From a bacterium (GTDB lineage: Bacteria; Zixibacteria; MSB-5A5; GN15; FEB-12): a stretch of 11,618 bases of DNA. The notes beneath the pieces were generated by a model that had not been told where the DNA came from, searched no databases, and saw only the letters and a program-made list of their open reading frames with translations. The stretch covers positions 1 through 11,618 of the forward strand of contig JBDRNJ010000076.1 in NCBI GenBank assembly GCA_043811375.1. The letters are read 5' to 3'. Shown here one piece after another: positions 1 through 7,598 of this stretch (positions are counted from its first letter, which is position 1; each line of letters opens with the position of its first letter). The translations under genes were made by a program, and so were the position numbers.

Positions 1-140
1 CCGACGAAGAGTCAGATTAATCGACTCTTTTCGGGATGAACAAAGCTGTGAAAGGATAGTATACACTCAGGTAATTGAACTGAACCAAAGACTCAGGGAA
101 AACCACATAACTCAATTTACACAATAATCCTTGCACTACC
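1..140 (+). mobile_element. Right end of IS256-family insertion sequence; terminal inverted repeat ~116-140
   Basis: TTTACACAATAATCCTTGCACTACC (reverse complement GGTAGTGCAAGGATTATTGTGTAAA) resembles IS256-family IRs and overlaps the transposase stop (TAA 125-127), as is common in this family. End is 140 or 141. Confidence 0.7.
2..127 (+). CDS. IS256-family (Mutator-like) transposase, C-terminal fragment (5' truncated by window edge)
   Basis: Manual translation of frame +2: RRRVRLIDSFRDEQSCERIVYTQVIELNQRLRENHITQFTQ*. This resembles the IS256 C-terminal pattern (RRR.+.+..F.+E.S..R+++, ending FTQ inside the terminal IR). Recognised from memory, not by search. Confidence 0.75.
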   Translation, partial: RRRVRLIDSFRDEQSCERIVYTQVIELNQRLRENHITQFTQ

Positions 141-176
141 CACGATAGAGGCTGTTGTCAGTAGACAACGCAGGAT

Positions 177-764
177 TCATGTTTCCGACGACAGTACCTC
201 AGCCTTTATTAACCCACCAAAATAGACCATTAGATTGGCCAGATTTATGATGGTACTTCTGAAAATCAGGTCTGCCATTGGACCTGCAGGAGATTTCCAT
301 AACCGTTCGTAAGTTTCGACTTTGGATGGATCAGCGTGGAAGATGTTACCGTTGAACCAGATGTCCACTATATCTTTCGGTGACAGTCTCTTACCCCCGA
401 GTTTGACCACTGCAGGTGGGTCTTTGAAAGCATCCTTGAATCCTACTTTTGCTGATTTGACACAGTTCAGTATTGTGCGGGAAACACTATTCGACGAATT
501 CAGGTGTCGTGAAACGATATTGTAGATCTTTGTGAAATGAATAATCTCTCTTGGTGAATGAAGTTGTCGCACTGTAGTTACCAAGGGCAGTAGCTCTTGG
601 TTGGATGGACCCTGCTGCGAGAGTATTAGCGGCCCGCCTTTCTCCCATTTGACGTTGATCCCCACTTTTATTCTGCCCTCTCTGAAAAGGGGTAACGATG
701 CAATGGAGTCCGCTCTCTTGCAGAATAGCTCTAGCAACTGTCTTTCGTGTGAGTTCAGCGACAT
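177..764 (-). CDS. Hypothetical protein, 195 aa, possible divergent HEPN-like fold
   Basis: Longest ORF in the AT-rich segment, ATG start, soluble and apparently helix-rich. Motif WFNGNIFHAD (N-x4-H). Candidate promoter upstream. Function not assignable. Confidence 0.75.
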   Translation of the reverse strand: MSLNSHERQLLELFCKRADSIASLPLFREGRIKVGINVKWEKGGPLILSQQGPSNQELLPLVTTVRQLHSPREIIHFTKIYNIVSRHLNSSNSVSRTILNCVKSAKVGFKDAFKDPPAVVKLGGKRLSPKDIVDIWFNGNIFHADPSKVETYERLWKSPAGPMADLIFRSTIINLANLMVYFGGLIKAEVLSSET

Positions 765-894
765 ATGTGGCTTTGAGAGGGCGTGTAAGTTGCCATTTGG
801 CTATAGGTTTTCTATGAATGAAACTCGGTTACTTAAGTAACACTCTTCTGACTACTGTTTTATCTACAATAATGGGTAGCTAATCCTTTTTTGT

Positions 895-922
895 AAGCTA
901 AGTTGTGACAAAGGTCTGTCAA
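895..922 (-). promoter_or_regulatory. Putative sigma70 promoter for the 177..764 gene
   Basis: Minus strand TTGACA (922-917), 16 nt, TAGCTT (900-895). The -35 lies within a TGACA-N6-TGTCA inverted repeat (906-921). Confidence 0.45.
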
Positions 923-951
923 GTATCTACAGATAGAATGTAATCACATTC

Positions 952-1009
952 TTGGCCCTGAATTGGCCCGGCTGAAAACTTGGCCTGATTACTTGGCCTA
1001 AATAGGGCC
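952..1009 (+). repeat. TTGGCC direct repeats, candidate integrase arm-type sites
   Basis: TTGGCC at 952, 963, 980, 993 and degenerate AGGGCC at 1004, 110-170 bp beyond the tRNA-Leu 3' end. Repeats are seen directly; the role is inferred. Confidence 0.55.
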
Positions 1010-1078
1010 AATGTCCTGTTGTCATCGTTTGCCTTTGGTTGCCTGCCCCATGGGTATAAGTGTATGTTAGACAAGACA

Positions 1079-1110
1079 AAGCCCCGTAAATTCAAGGGCT
1101 TACAGGGCTT
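1079..1110 (-). terminator. Inverted repeat downstream of tRNA-Leu (possible terminator and/or att-associated hairpin)
   Basis: AAGCCCCGTAA (1079-1089) / TTACAGGGCTT (1100-1110), imperfect 11-bp arms. On the minus strand it runs into TTTGTCTTGT. Confidence 0.5.
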
Positions 1111-1118
1111 CTAATATA

Positions 1119-1200
1119 TGCGGAAGGGGGGATTTGAACCCCCACGAGTTGCCTCACTACCCCCTCAAGATAGCGTGTCTACCTATTCCACCACTTCCGC
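1119..1200 (-). tRNA. tRNA-Leu (anticodon GAG), CCA not encoded
   Basis: GCGGAAG/CTTCCGC acceptor stem with discriminator A; anticodon arm CTATC-TTGAGGG-GGTAG; long variable arm; GGTTCAAATCC T-arm. secG followed by tRNA-Leu(GAG) is a well-known conserved arrangement. Confidence 0.97.
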
Positions 1201-1308
1201 AATATCTTTAACAACATAAGTGCTGCCTGATCCGAGCCAATCTGATGAGCACGCGTTAAAAAGCAGGTGATCATCGTTCAACGTCAGGCAAACGCGGCTT
1301 GCCGCCAG

Positions 1309-1782
1309 TTAGTTGCCACCGGGATCGGTTGCCGGAGAAGGTGCACCCTCGGTGGGGATTGCTCCGGATTGTGCCGCCAGGCTCTCGGCCGCATTTTCCG
1401 GCAGTATCTGGATATTCATCAGGGAATCAGCAGCTCGTTGCTGTTCCTGTTGTTGCTGCTGCTGCATCATCATGTCCCGTTCCGCCTGAGCCTGTCGGGT
1501 AATGTGAGACTCCATCGGTTCCCCCTCAGTGCTGGCGACAATGCGCGTGCGCGAAGACATAAAAGCCAGCACGGCGCAGTTAAACATAAAGAGAACGGCC
1601 AATACGGTGGTCGCTCGCGACAGGAAAGAGGCTGCCCCCCGGCCGCCGAAAACAGCTCCTGAGACACCAGCCCCGCCAAAAGCGGACCCGGCTAAACCTT
1701 CACCCTTGGCCGATTGCATCAGCACTACCAGGACCAGAGCGATAGCAATAAACACGTGAAACACAACCCAGATTGTAAACAA
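1309..1782 (-). CDS. secG: Preprotein translocase subunit SecG with long C-terminal low-complexity tail
   Basis: TM1-VLMQSAKGEGLAGSAFGG...VFGGRGAASFLSRATTVLAVLF-TM2; TTG start with GGAGG 8 nt upstream; tpiA-secG-tRNA-Leu synteny. Confidence 0.95.
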   Translation of the reverse strand: MFTIWVVFHVFIAIALVLVVLMQSAKGEGLAGSAFGGAGVSGAVFGGRGAASFLSRATTVLAVLFMFNCAVLAFMSSRTRIVASTEGEPMESHITRQAQAERDMMMQQQQQQEQQRAADSLMNIQILPENAAESLAAQSGAIPTEGAPSPATDPGGN

Positions 1783-1798
1783 GAGTCAATCCTCCATA

Positions 1799-2548
1799 TC
1801 AGACAGCATTTATGATGCCGATAAAATCGGCCGCCTTCAGTGATGCTCCGCCAACCAGGGCGCCATCAATGTCGGGCTGCGACAGCAGCGCCTCGGCGTT
1901 GGTCGGTTTCACCGAACCGCCGTACAGGATCGGCAGCTTTTCAGCAGCTTGCGGGTCGATTCCGGCCACTCGCTGCCGAATGAACCGATGCACCGCCTGA
2001 GCCATCTCGGGCGTGGCTGTTTTGCCGGTGCCGATTGCCCATACCGGTTCGTAAGCTATTACCGATACGGCAATTTGATCGGGCGCCAACCCGGCCAGCG
2101 TGCCGTCGACCTGTTCGCCGATCACCTGCTCGGTTTGTTCGGCTTCTCTCTGAGCGAGGGTTTCGCCGACACATATAATCGGTATCAAACTCCCCGCCAG
2201 GGCGGCTTTGGCCTTGGCATTAACCAGTCGGTCATCCTCAGCGTGAAAATGCCGCCGTTCAGAGTGGCCCAAAATAACGTAGCGGGCGCCGACTGTCAAG
2301 AGCATATCGGCCGAGACTTCGCCGGTATAGGCGCCTTCGGAATGCTGGGACATATCCTGGGCTCCCAGAGCGATCGGGCTGTCGGCCACCAGGCGAGCGG
2401 CCGTCTGAAGGGAAGTAAATGGAGGACAGACCAGCATAGTGGCTTTCTCTTCGGACCAGTTGCCAGCCAGCAGTTCACCCAGGAGCTTTTCGGTATCGGC
2501 GATAGTGCCGTTCATTTTCCAGTTGCCTGCGATAATCTGCCGCCGCAT
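1799..2548 (-). CDS. tpiA: Triosephosphate isomerase
   Basis: Motifs AGNWKMN, GHSERR, AYEPVWAIGTG, LYGGSV, LVGGASL. Confidence 0.99.
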   Translation of the reverse strand: MRRQIIAGNWKMNGTIADTEKLLGELLAGNWSEEKATMLVCPPFTSLQTAARLVADSPIALGAQDMSQHSEGAYTGEVSADMLLTVGARYVILGHSERRHFHAEDDRLVNAKAKAALAGSLIPIICVGETLAQREAEQTEQVIGEQVDGTLAGLAPDQIAVSVIAYEPVWAIGTGKTATPEMAQAVHRFIRQRVAGIDPQAAEKLPILYGGSVKPTNAEALLSQPDIDGALVGGASLKAADFIGIINAV

Positions 2549-2549
2549 T

Positions 2550-3764
2550 TCAGACCGCTCCCACTTTGGGCAGATCCGTCAGGGCCGCCACTCCGGGAAG
2601 TATTTTGCCCTCAAGGTACTCAAGTGAGGCGCCGCCGCCGGTGGAGATGTGCGACAGTTTCTTTTCCAGGCCGGCTTTGGCAACAGCGGCTGCGGAATCG
2701 CCACCACCCACGATGGTCGTAGCTCCCTGGTCGGTCAGATCGGCCAGAAGTTTGGCAATGGCAAACGTTCCCTGTGCGAACAACGGCTGCTCGAATACCC
2801 CCATCGGCCCGTTCCAGATCACCGTGCGGGCATCCTTAAGGGTCTCGCTGAACAGGCGAATGGTGTCGGGACCGATATCCAGTCCCATCATATCGTCGGG
2901 AATCTGGTTTATGGGAACCGTCTTAACGGCAGCCGAGGCCGAAATCTCAGACGCTATCACGGCGTCGGTCGGGAAAACGAGTTGGGCGTCTGATTCGACC
3001 GCTTTTTTGATGATTTCCCGGGCCAGGTCGACCTTGTCTGCCTCCACCAGTGAGTTGCCCACCGGGTAGCCTTTGGCTTTGCAGAACGTAAAGACCATGC
3101 CGCCGCCAATGAGCAGCAGGTCAACCTTGTCCAAAAGATTGGCGATAACGTCAATCTTTCCGGAAATTTTGGCTCCACCCAGAATAGCGGCAAACGGACG
3201 CTGCGGCTCCGACAGGGCCTGTCCCAGATACTTCAACTCTTTTTCCATCAGGAAACCGGCTACGGCCTGTTGGAAATACCGTGTCACGCCGGTAGTCGAG
3301 GCGTGCGCCCGGTGAGCTGAACCGAAGGCATCATTAACATAGATATCACCCAGTTCGGCCAGCTTGCCTGCGAACTGGGAGTCGTTCTTCTGTTCCTGAG
3401 GATGGAACCGGAGGTTCTCCAGAAGCAGACAGTCGCCGTCGTGCATCTTGCCGACGATGTTGGCTGCTTCCGGTCCGATGCAGTCTTCTGCGAAGGTTAC
3501 TTCCTGACCCAGCAATTCCTGCAGATGCCGGGCCACCGGACGGAGTGACATCTCGGGGACATGTTGGCCTTTGGGTCGGCCGAGGTGGGAGCAGGCGATA
3601 ACCATGCCGCCATCATCAAGAATCTTCCTGATGGTTGGCAGGGCAGCGCGAATGCGACGATCATCGGTAATATTCTGCCGGTCATCAAGCGGCACGTTGA
3701 AATCCACACGTACCAGCACCCTCTGCCCACGAAAGTTGACGTCGGAAATTGTAACCTTGTTCAT
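2550..3764 (-). CDS. pgk: Phosphoglycerate kinase
   Basis: Motifs [58 protein letters not shown]. Confidence 0.99.
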   Translation of the reverse strand: MNKVTISDVNFRGQRVLVRVDFNVPLDDRQNITDDRRIRAALPTIRKILDDGGMVIACSHLGRPKGQHVPEMSLRPVARHLQELLGQEVTFAEDCIGPEAANIVGKMHDGDCLLLENLRFHPQEQKNDSQFAGKLAELGDIYVNDAFGSAHRAHASTTGVTRYFQQAVAGFLMEKELKYLGQALSEPQRPFAAILGGAKISGKIDVIANLLDKVDLLLIGGGMVFTFCKAKGYPVGNSLVEADKVDLAREIIKKAVESDAQLVFPTDAVIASEISASAAVKTVPINQIPDDMMGLDIGPDTIRLFSETLKDARTVIWNGPMGVFEQPLFAQGTFAIAKLLADLTDQGATTIVGGGDSAAAVAKAGLEKKLSHISTGGGASLEYLEGKILPGVAALTDLPKVGAV

Positions 3765-3789
3765 CGTGTCGTTCCTATGCTTGTAGTGG

Positions 3790-4776
3790 CTATAGCATCA
3801 TCAGAATCATGTCAACCATGCGACTGGAGAAACCCCACTCGTTGTCGTACCAACTGAACACCTTGGCCATGTTTCCCCGCGCCATAGTCATTTTACTGTC
3901 GAAGATAGATCCGTAGGGATTACCGATAATATCGCAGGAGACTATCGGGTCTTCGCAGTACTGAAGTGTTATCGACAGCGGCTTTGTGGAGGCTGCCTTT
4001 TTGACGGCGGCATTGATCTCTTCGACCGTGGCTTCCTTTTCGAGAATGACCGTGAGATCAACCAGCGAACCATTGGGAGTCGGAACTCTGATCGCTAAGC
4101 CGTCTATTTTCCCCTTCAATTCCGGAATCACTTCGGCAATTGCCTTGGCGGCGCCGGTAGTGGTCGGTACCATCGAAACCGCCGCCGACCGAGCCCGGCG
4201 CAGGTCCTTGTGCGGCGCATCCAAAAGTCGCTGATCGCCCGTATAGGAGTGAGTAGTGGTCATAAACCCCTTTACGATACCGAAGTTGTCCATCAATACC
4301 TTGGCCACCGGGGCCAGGCAGTTGGTAGTGCAGGAACCGATGGAGATAATATCGTGTTTGTTTTTGTCATAGTCGTCGGCATTGATACCGGGGATGAAAG
4401 TGCCGTCATGCCCCTTGGCCGGAGCGGAAATCAACACTTTCTTCGCACCGGCCTGCACGTGCTTTAGAGCATCTTCTTTCTTGCGAAATAATCCGGTACA
4501 CTCCAGCACGATATCAGCGCCGAGCTTACTCCAGGGCAATTTGGCCGGGTCTCTCTCGGCCGTAATCGGTATTTTTTTACCCTCGACAACAAGATTGTTG
4601 CCCTCGGTCGATACTTCGCCCGGATACCGCCCGTGAACTGAGTCATATTTCAGCAGGTAAGCTAATGTCCCGGCATCGGTAATGTCGTTGATGCCGACAA
4701 ACTCGATGTCTCTTCCACGGGCTGCTTTGAATACCAGCCGCCCAATCCTTCCGAATCCGTTAATGCCGACTTTCAT
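3790..4776 (-). CDS. gap: Type I glyceraldehyde-3-phosphate dehydrogenase (probably NAD-dependent)
   Basis: [10 protein letters not shown], catalytic [23 protein letters not shown] and LDAPH signature of the NAD-type enzyme; GGAGG 5 nt upstream of ATG. Confidence 0.99.
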   Translation of the reverse strand: MKVGINGFGRIGRLVFKAARGRDIEFVGINDITDAGTLAYLLKYDSVHGRYPGEVSTEGNNLVVEGKKIPITAERDPAKLPWSKLGADIVLECTGLFRKKEDALKHVQAGAKKVLISAPAKGHDGTFIPGINADDYDKNKHDIISIGSCTTNCLAPVAKVLMDNFGIVKGFMTTTHSYTGDQRLLDAPHKDLRRARSAAVSMVPTTTGAAKAIAEVIPELKGKIDGLAIRVPTPNGSLVDLTVILEKEATVEEINAAVKKAASTKPLSITLQYCEDPIVSCDIIGNPYGSIFDSKMTMARGNMAKVFSWYDNEWGFSSRMVDMILMML

Positions 4777-4798
4777 GTATGCCTCCGTGCCAACATGG

Positions 4799-5542
4799 TT
4801 ACTTCTTTTTCGAGGTATAAAGATACTTTATGCCCACAGTAAGCGCAACCGCTTCATAGTTGGATATTGTCTGCAAGCCCTTTGAGAACTGAACCGGCAT
4901 ATACTTAACTGCGGCCTCGAGGCCGACAGTGGACCCCAGCGGCCAGTCACATCCCCCTCCCAGGGTATAGTTGATATCGGTGCCGGTTTGTTCCTGGATA
5001 CCATAATAGATGTTGCTGGAAGTGGTAAACTGAACGCTACGCCGCCCGTAGTAAAGTCCGCCACCGGCCAGCAGGTACGGTTGCAGCCTGCTGGATGTCG
5101 CAAACAGGGGATAGAACTTCAACTGAACGAGAATCGGATGTACCTGGACACTGCCGTGGTTGGTGATATTGTTCTGTATAAAGGTGACGGAACCTCGATT
5201 GACGACTCCGGCGGATAACTCCAGCATAAGGGGTCTACTCAGTCTCAGGGCCAGGAAACCCTCGATGTAGAAGCAGGCGTCGTGGAAATTGGTTTCAAAC
5301 ATTCCGTTGGGATCGCTGGCTACCGGGCTCTCGCCGCTGTTAGCCCACATGCCGAGACGAGCGCCGGTCTGATGCCGATCGTGAAACAAGAGACTGTCGC
5401 CGGCCAGGGAAGATTCGGCATGAATCAGGATAACCGCTGCCATCAGCAGCCAAAAGCCGCAAACTACCCGGTCGGGTAATTTGCGGTATTGGTGTGATCC
5501 GTCCGACATGAAGGCCGGCAGTCTTAATCTCTTATGTCGCAC
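4799..5542 (-). CDS. Outer-membrane beta-barrel protein (8-stranded OmpA/OmpW-like); start uncertain
   Basis: Hydrophobic signal-like segment ending SSLA-G; amphipathic strands (LQPYLLAGGGLYY, YTLGGGCDW, LEAAVKYM, LTVGIKYLY); GTG start with AGGGA upstream. Alternative internal Met starts exist. Confidence 0.8.
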   Translation of the reverse strand: MRHKRLRLPAFMSDGSHQYRKLPDRVVCGFWLLMAAVILIHAESSLAGDSLLFHDRHQTGARLGMWANSGESPVASDPNGMFETNFHDACFYIEGFLALRLSRPLMLELSAGVVNRGSVTFIQNNITNHGSVQVHPILVQLKFYPLFATSSRLQPYLLAGGGLYYGRRSVQFTTSSNIYYGIQEQTGTDINYTLGGGCDWPLGSTVGLEAAVKYMPVQFSKGLQTISNYEAVALTVGIKYLYTSKKK

Positions 5543-5559
5543 AATATTCCCTACTCACA

Positions 5560-7140
5560 CTACTCTTTATCGGCACGGTACAGGATCAGTCGAGCCTGCC
5601 GGTAATCGAGCAGGAGATCGAAATTCTCCAGGACCATATTGCCGATGTTGCCCGCTAACTCGTTGGAACCGGACAGACCGGCGGATGAATCAGGTAGTAT
5701 AACCCGCAGCGACTGCAACAGAATATCGCCCATTTTGAAAACTGCCGCGTAGGCTGTCTGGCCGCTTAACCTGCCACCGATACCGCTCAGAGTTGTGGGG
5801 TTATCGCGAACGTCATCCAGTTTCTCATCCAGTTGATGCTTGTGGGCAAAATCACGATGAATGATCAGCCCCAGGGTATTGCCGAGATCGACCAGGAAAT
5901 CGCCGGGGATGCCGTTGAGTTCACCTCTGATCGTCGGCACCAGCATGGTCAGGTGAAAGCCGATCTCGACACCTCCCTCGGGAGCAGCGAACTGTTGTGG
6001 ATTGAACACGGTGAGCATGGAATCGCGGTAGCTGACCAACACCGGGAAACGGGAGAGAAAGTCATAACCGAGCAAACCGCCGAAAGCTTCCCTGTCTGTG
6101 CCTGGTCGATTCAAGAGCGAAAGGTCGATACTACCGGCTACCTGGTTATAAAGTGTCAACTTACCGATGGAGATGGAATCGGTTCGGACCAGGTCGATTT
6201 GGCTGATGCCGCCCAGCCCGCGTGCAGGCAGAGCGCCCACTATCGGAAGCTGCAACTCAGTGGTGAGCGGCTGGTGCAGCAGATTGGCCGACGCGCCCGA
6301 ATCGAGAATAAAGCGCGCTTTCTTAGTACCGTTGATCGTCGCCGCCAGGCGGATATGCCCGCCCTGGTATTGAATCGGAATCCTGACGTGCCCGATCCCT
6401 TCCGGGAAAAGGTAATCGACCGTACCGGCCGATGGCATGGTAAAGATCGTCATATCCACCGGTTGGTTGACCGCGACGGAATCGACTGCCAACTCAGAGG
6501 TCAGATCGGCTCCCTCGGCAATTGTCCGGGAATAAAACGGTATCAGGATACCGGCCACACTACGGTAATCGTCGATCGTGGTGACAGTGTTGAAATTGTC
6601 CAGCCGCGCGAACATCAGCTTTCGCAGTCCCCGGTCGAGGTCATAGTAAGCCACAACAGTATCTCTGTCTAACGGGTAGAAGGCGACTTCGTGGTAGACC
6701 TGTTCATCTCTGGTAGTCTGTCCCAGGTACTTTATGGAGCCGGGCAGTCGATCGGGCAGCAGATATGAACAGGACTCGAAATATGCGTTTTTCAGCAGTT
6801 CGCGTTTCTCAAATCCTTCCAGGCGCGATATCTGCCCGTTATGATCCTGCTGCCAGGCAGTCCATCCGTCGTAGGCCTGCACCAGACTGAAATTGGTAAA
6901 GTTTAACTCGACAAAAAATCTGTCCGGGGGGACGAAGTACTGCTCGAACCTTCCCTGCAGGCCGTTGATATCGACTGTCCCGGCGGTATACAGGCTGGTC
7001 AGTCGTTGCAAACTGTCACGTGCGGCCGGTCCCCCGACTGAAACGACCAGCAGGGAATCAAGATTGAAGGCCGCAGCGGAAACGCCCGCAAACATCACCA
7101 CCAAAGCGACAACCATCACACGTATCGTACTCGCTATCAT
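5560..7140 (-). CDS. Secreted aspartyl protease family protein: LolA-like N-terminal domain plus two retropepsin-like domains
   Basis: Signal peptide; FILDSGAS...GLGG...GLLGYDFL and FLVDLGNT...GIGG...GNIGNMVL; N-terminal YDGWTAWQ and DYRSVAGILIPF reminiscent of LolA-like/lipoprotein-sorting fold proteins (less certain). Confidence 0.85.
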   Translation of the reverse strand: MIASTIRVMVVALVVMFAGVSAAAFNLDSLLVVSVGGPAARDSLQRLTSLYTAGTVDINGLQGRFEQYFVPPDRFFVELNFTNFSLVQAYDGWTAWQQDHNGQISRLEGFEKRELLKNAYFESCSYLLPDRLPGSIKYLGQTTRDEQVYHEVAFYPLDRDTVVAYYDLDRGLRKLMFARLDNFNTVTTIDDYRSVAGILIPFYSRTIAEGADLTSELAVDSVAVNQPVDMTIFTMPSAGTVDYLFPEGIGHVRIPIQYQGGHIRLAATINGTKKARFILDSGASANLLHQPLTTELQLPIVGALPARGLGGISQIDLVRTDSISIGKLTLYNQVAGSIDLSLLNRPGTDREAFGGLLGYDFLSRFPVLVSYRDSMLTVFNPQQFAAPEGGVEIGFHLTMLVPTIRGELNGIPGDFLVDLGNTLGLIIHRDFAHKHQLDEKLDDVRDNPTTLSGIGGRLSGQTAYAAVFKMGDILLQSLRVILPDSSAGLSGSNELAGNIGNMVLENFDLLLDYRQARLILYRADKE

Positions 7141-7234
7141 AACTCAGTAAGGTTATACAATGTTTTTTAATCATAAGCCAGATGTTTCCCTGGCTCGGCA
7201 GTAATCGACCAACGGCCGGCGTGACAGAAAGGGC

Positions 7235-7263
7235 TTGACTTCAGTTCTAACGCCGATTAAATA
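7235..7263 (+). promoter_or_regulatory. Putative sigma70 promoter of tRNA-Arg
   Basis: TTGACT (7235-7240), 17 nt, TAAATA (7258-7263), 12 nt before the tRNA. The -10 is imperfect. Confidence 0.4.
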
Positions 7264-7275
7264 GAACCGCGGAAT

Positions 7276-7349
7276 GCGCCCATAGCTCAATTGGATAGAG
7301 CATCTGACTACGGATCAGAAGGTTGGGGGTTCGACTCCTCCTGGGCGTA
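7276..7349 (+). tRNA. tRNA-Arg (anticodon ACG, read as ICG), CCA not encoded
   Basis: GCGCCCA/TGGGCGT acceptor stem with discriminator A; D-arm TAGCTCAATTGGATAGAGC; anticodon arm TCTGA-CTACGGA-TCAGA; GGTTCGACTCC T-arm. Confidence 0.97.
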
Positions 7350-7598
7350 TTTTTTTTTGCCGGGCAGTCCGGGTGTGGGTGTTCGATGGTGCCGGGCTGA
7401 CCTGGAACGGTTTTGGGACCTTTATATGGGAAATCTCGTTTTGAAGTACAGTCCGGCCGATTCGTCGATTCTGGAACTTCGGCGCGCAATCGAGCAACAG
7501 GAAGTCGTCAGAAATTCGGAATCCAACCAGGGTGTTTACAATGAGCCATTTGAAGAGTGCCCACACAATCAACTTCAATCACTGCGGAGGTGATGTTG

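Larger units (their letters stand above)
1..1118. mobile_element. Edge of a probable genomic island integrated at the tRNA-Leu 3' end (continues beyond left window edge)
   Basis: Visibly AT-richer than the glycolytic genes, begins at the tRNA 3' end, carries att-like repeats, an orphan gene and an IS end. No integrase in the window. Confidence 0.6.

Noticed and set aside
1..34. Hairpin AAGAGTC-AGATTAATC-GACTCTT as a terminator
   Set aside because: Lies inside the putative transposase coding frame and at the window edge; no independent support.
952..1046. CRISPR array or plasmid iterons
   Set aside because: Repeats are only 6 bp with 10-17 bp spacing, with no spacer structure and no cas or rep gene.
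2546..2582. Programmed pgk-tpiA frameshift fusion as in Thermotoga maritima
   Set aside because: tpiA is in the +1 frame 1 nt after the pgk stop and that frame is open for only ~10 codons upstream. CCC AAA G is not in a canonical slippery phase, and tpiA has its own GGAG RBS. Translational coupling explains it.
1949..2722. 257-aa plus-strand ORF and other short ORFs opposite secG/tpiA/pgk/gap
   Set aside because: Antisense shadows of highly conserved GC-rich genes; no recognisable motifs.
5833..6672. 279-aa plus-strand ORF
   Set aside because: Antisense shadow of the aspartyl protease gene.
7247..7593. ORFs overlapping tRNA-Arg, and the 55-codon ORF 7426-7593 ending TGATG at the methyltransferase
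   Set aside because: The longer ones translate through the tRNA. The 55-codon ORF has only a weak RBS and no recognisable features, so it is not supportable, although it cannot be excluded.
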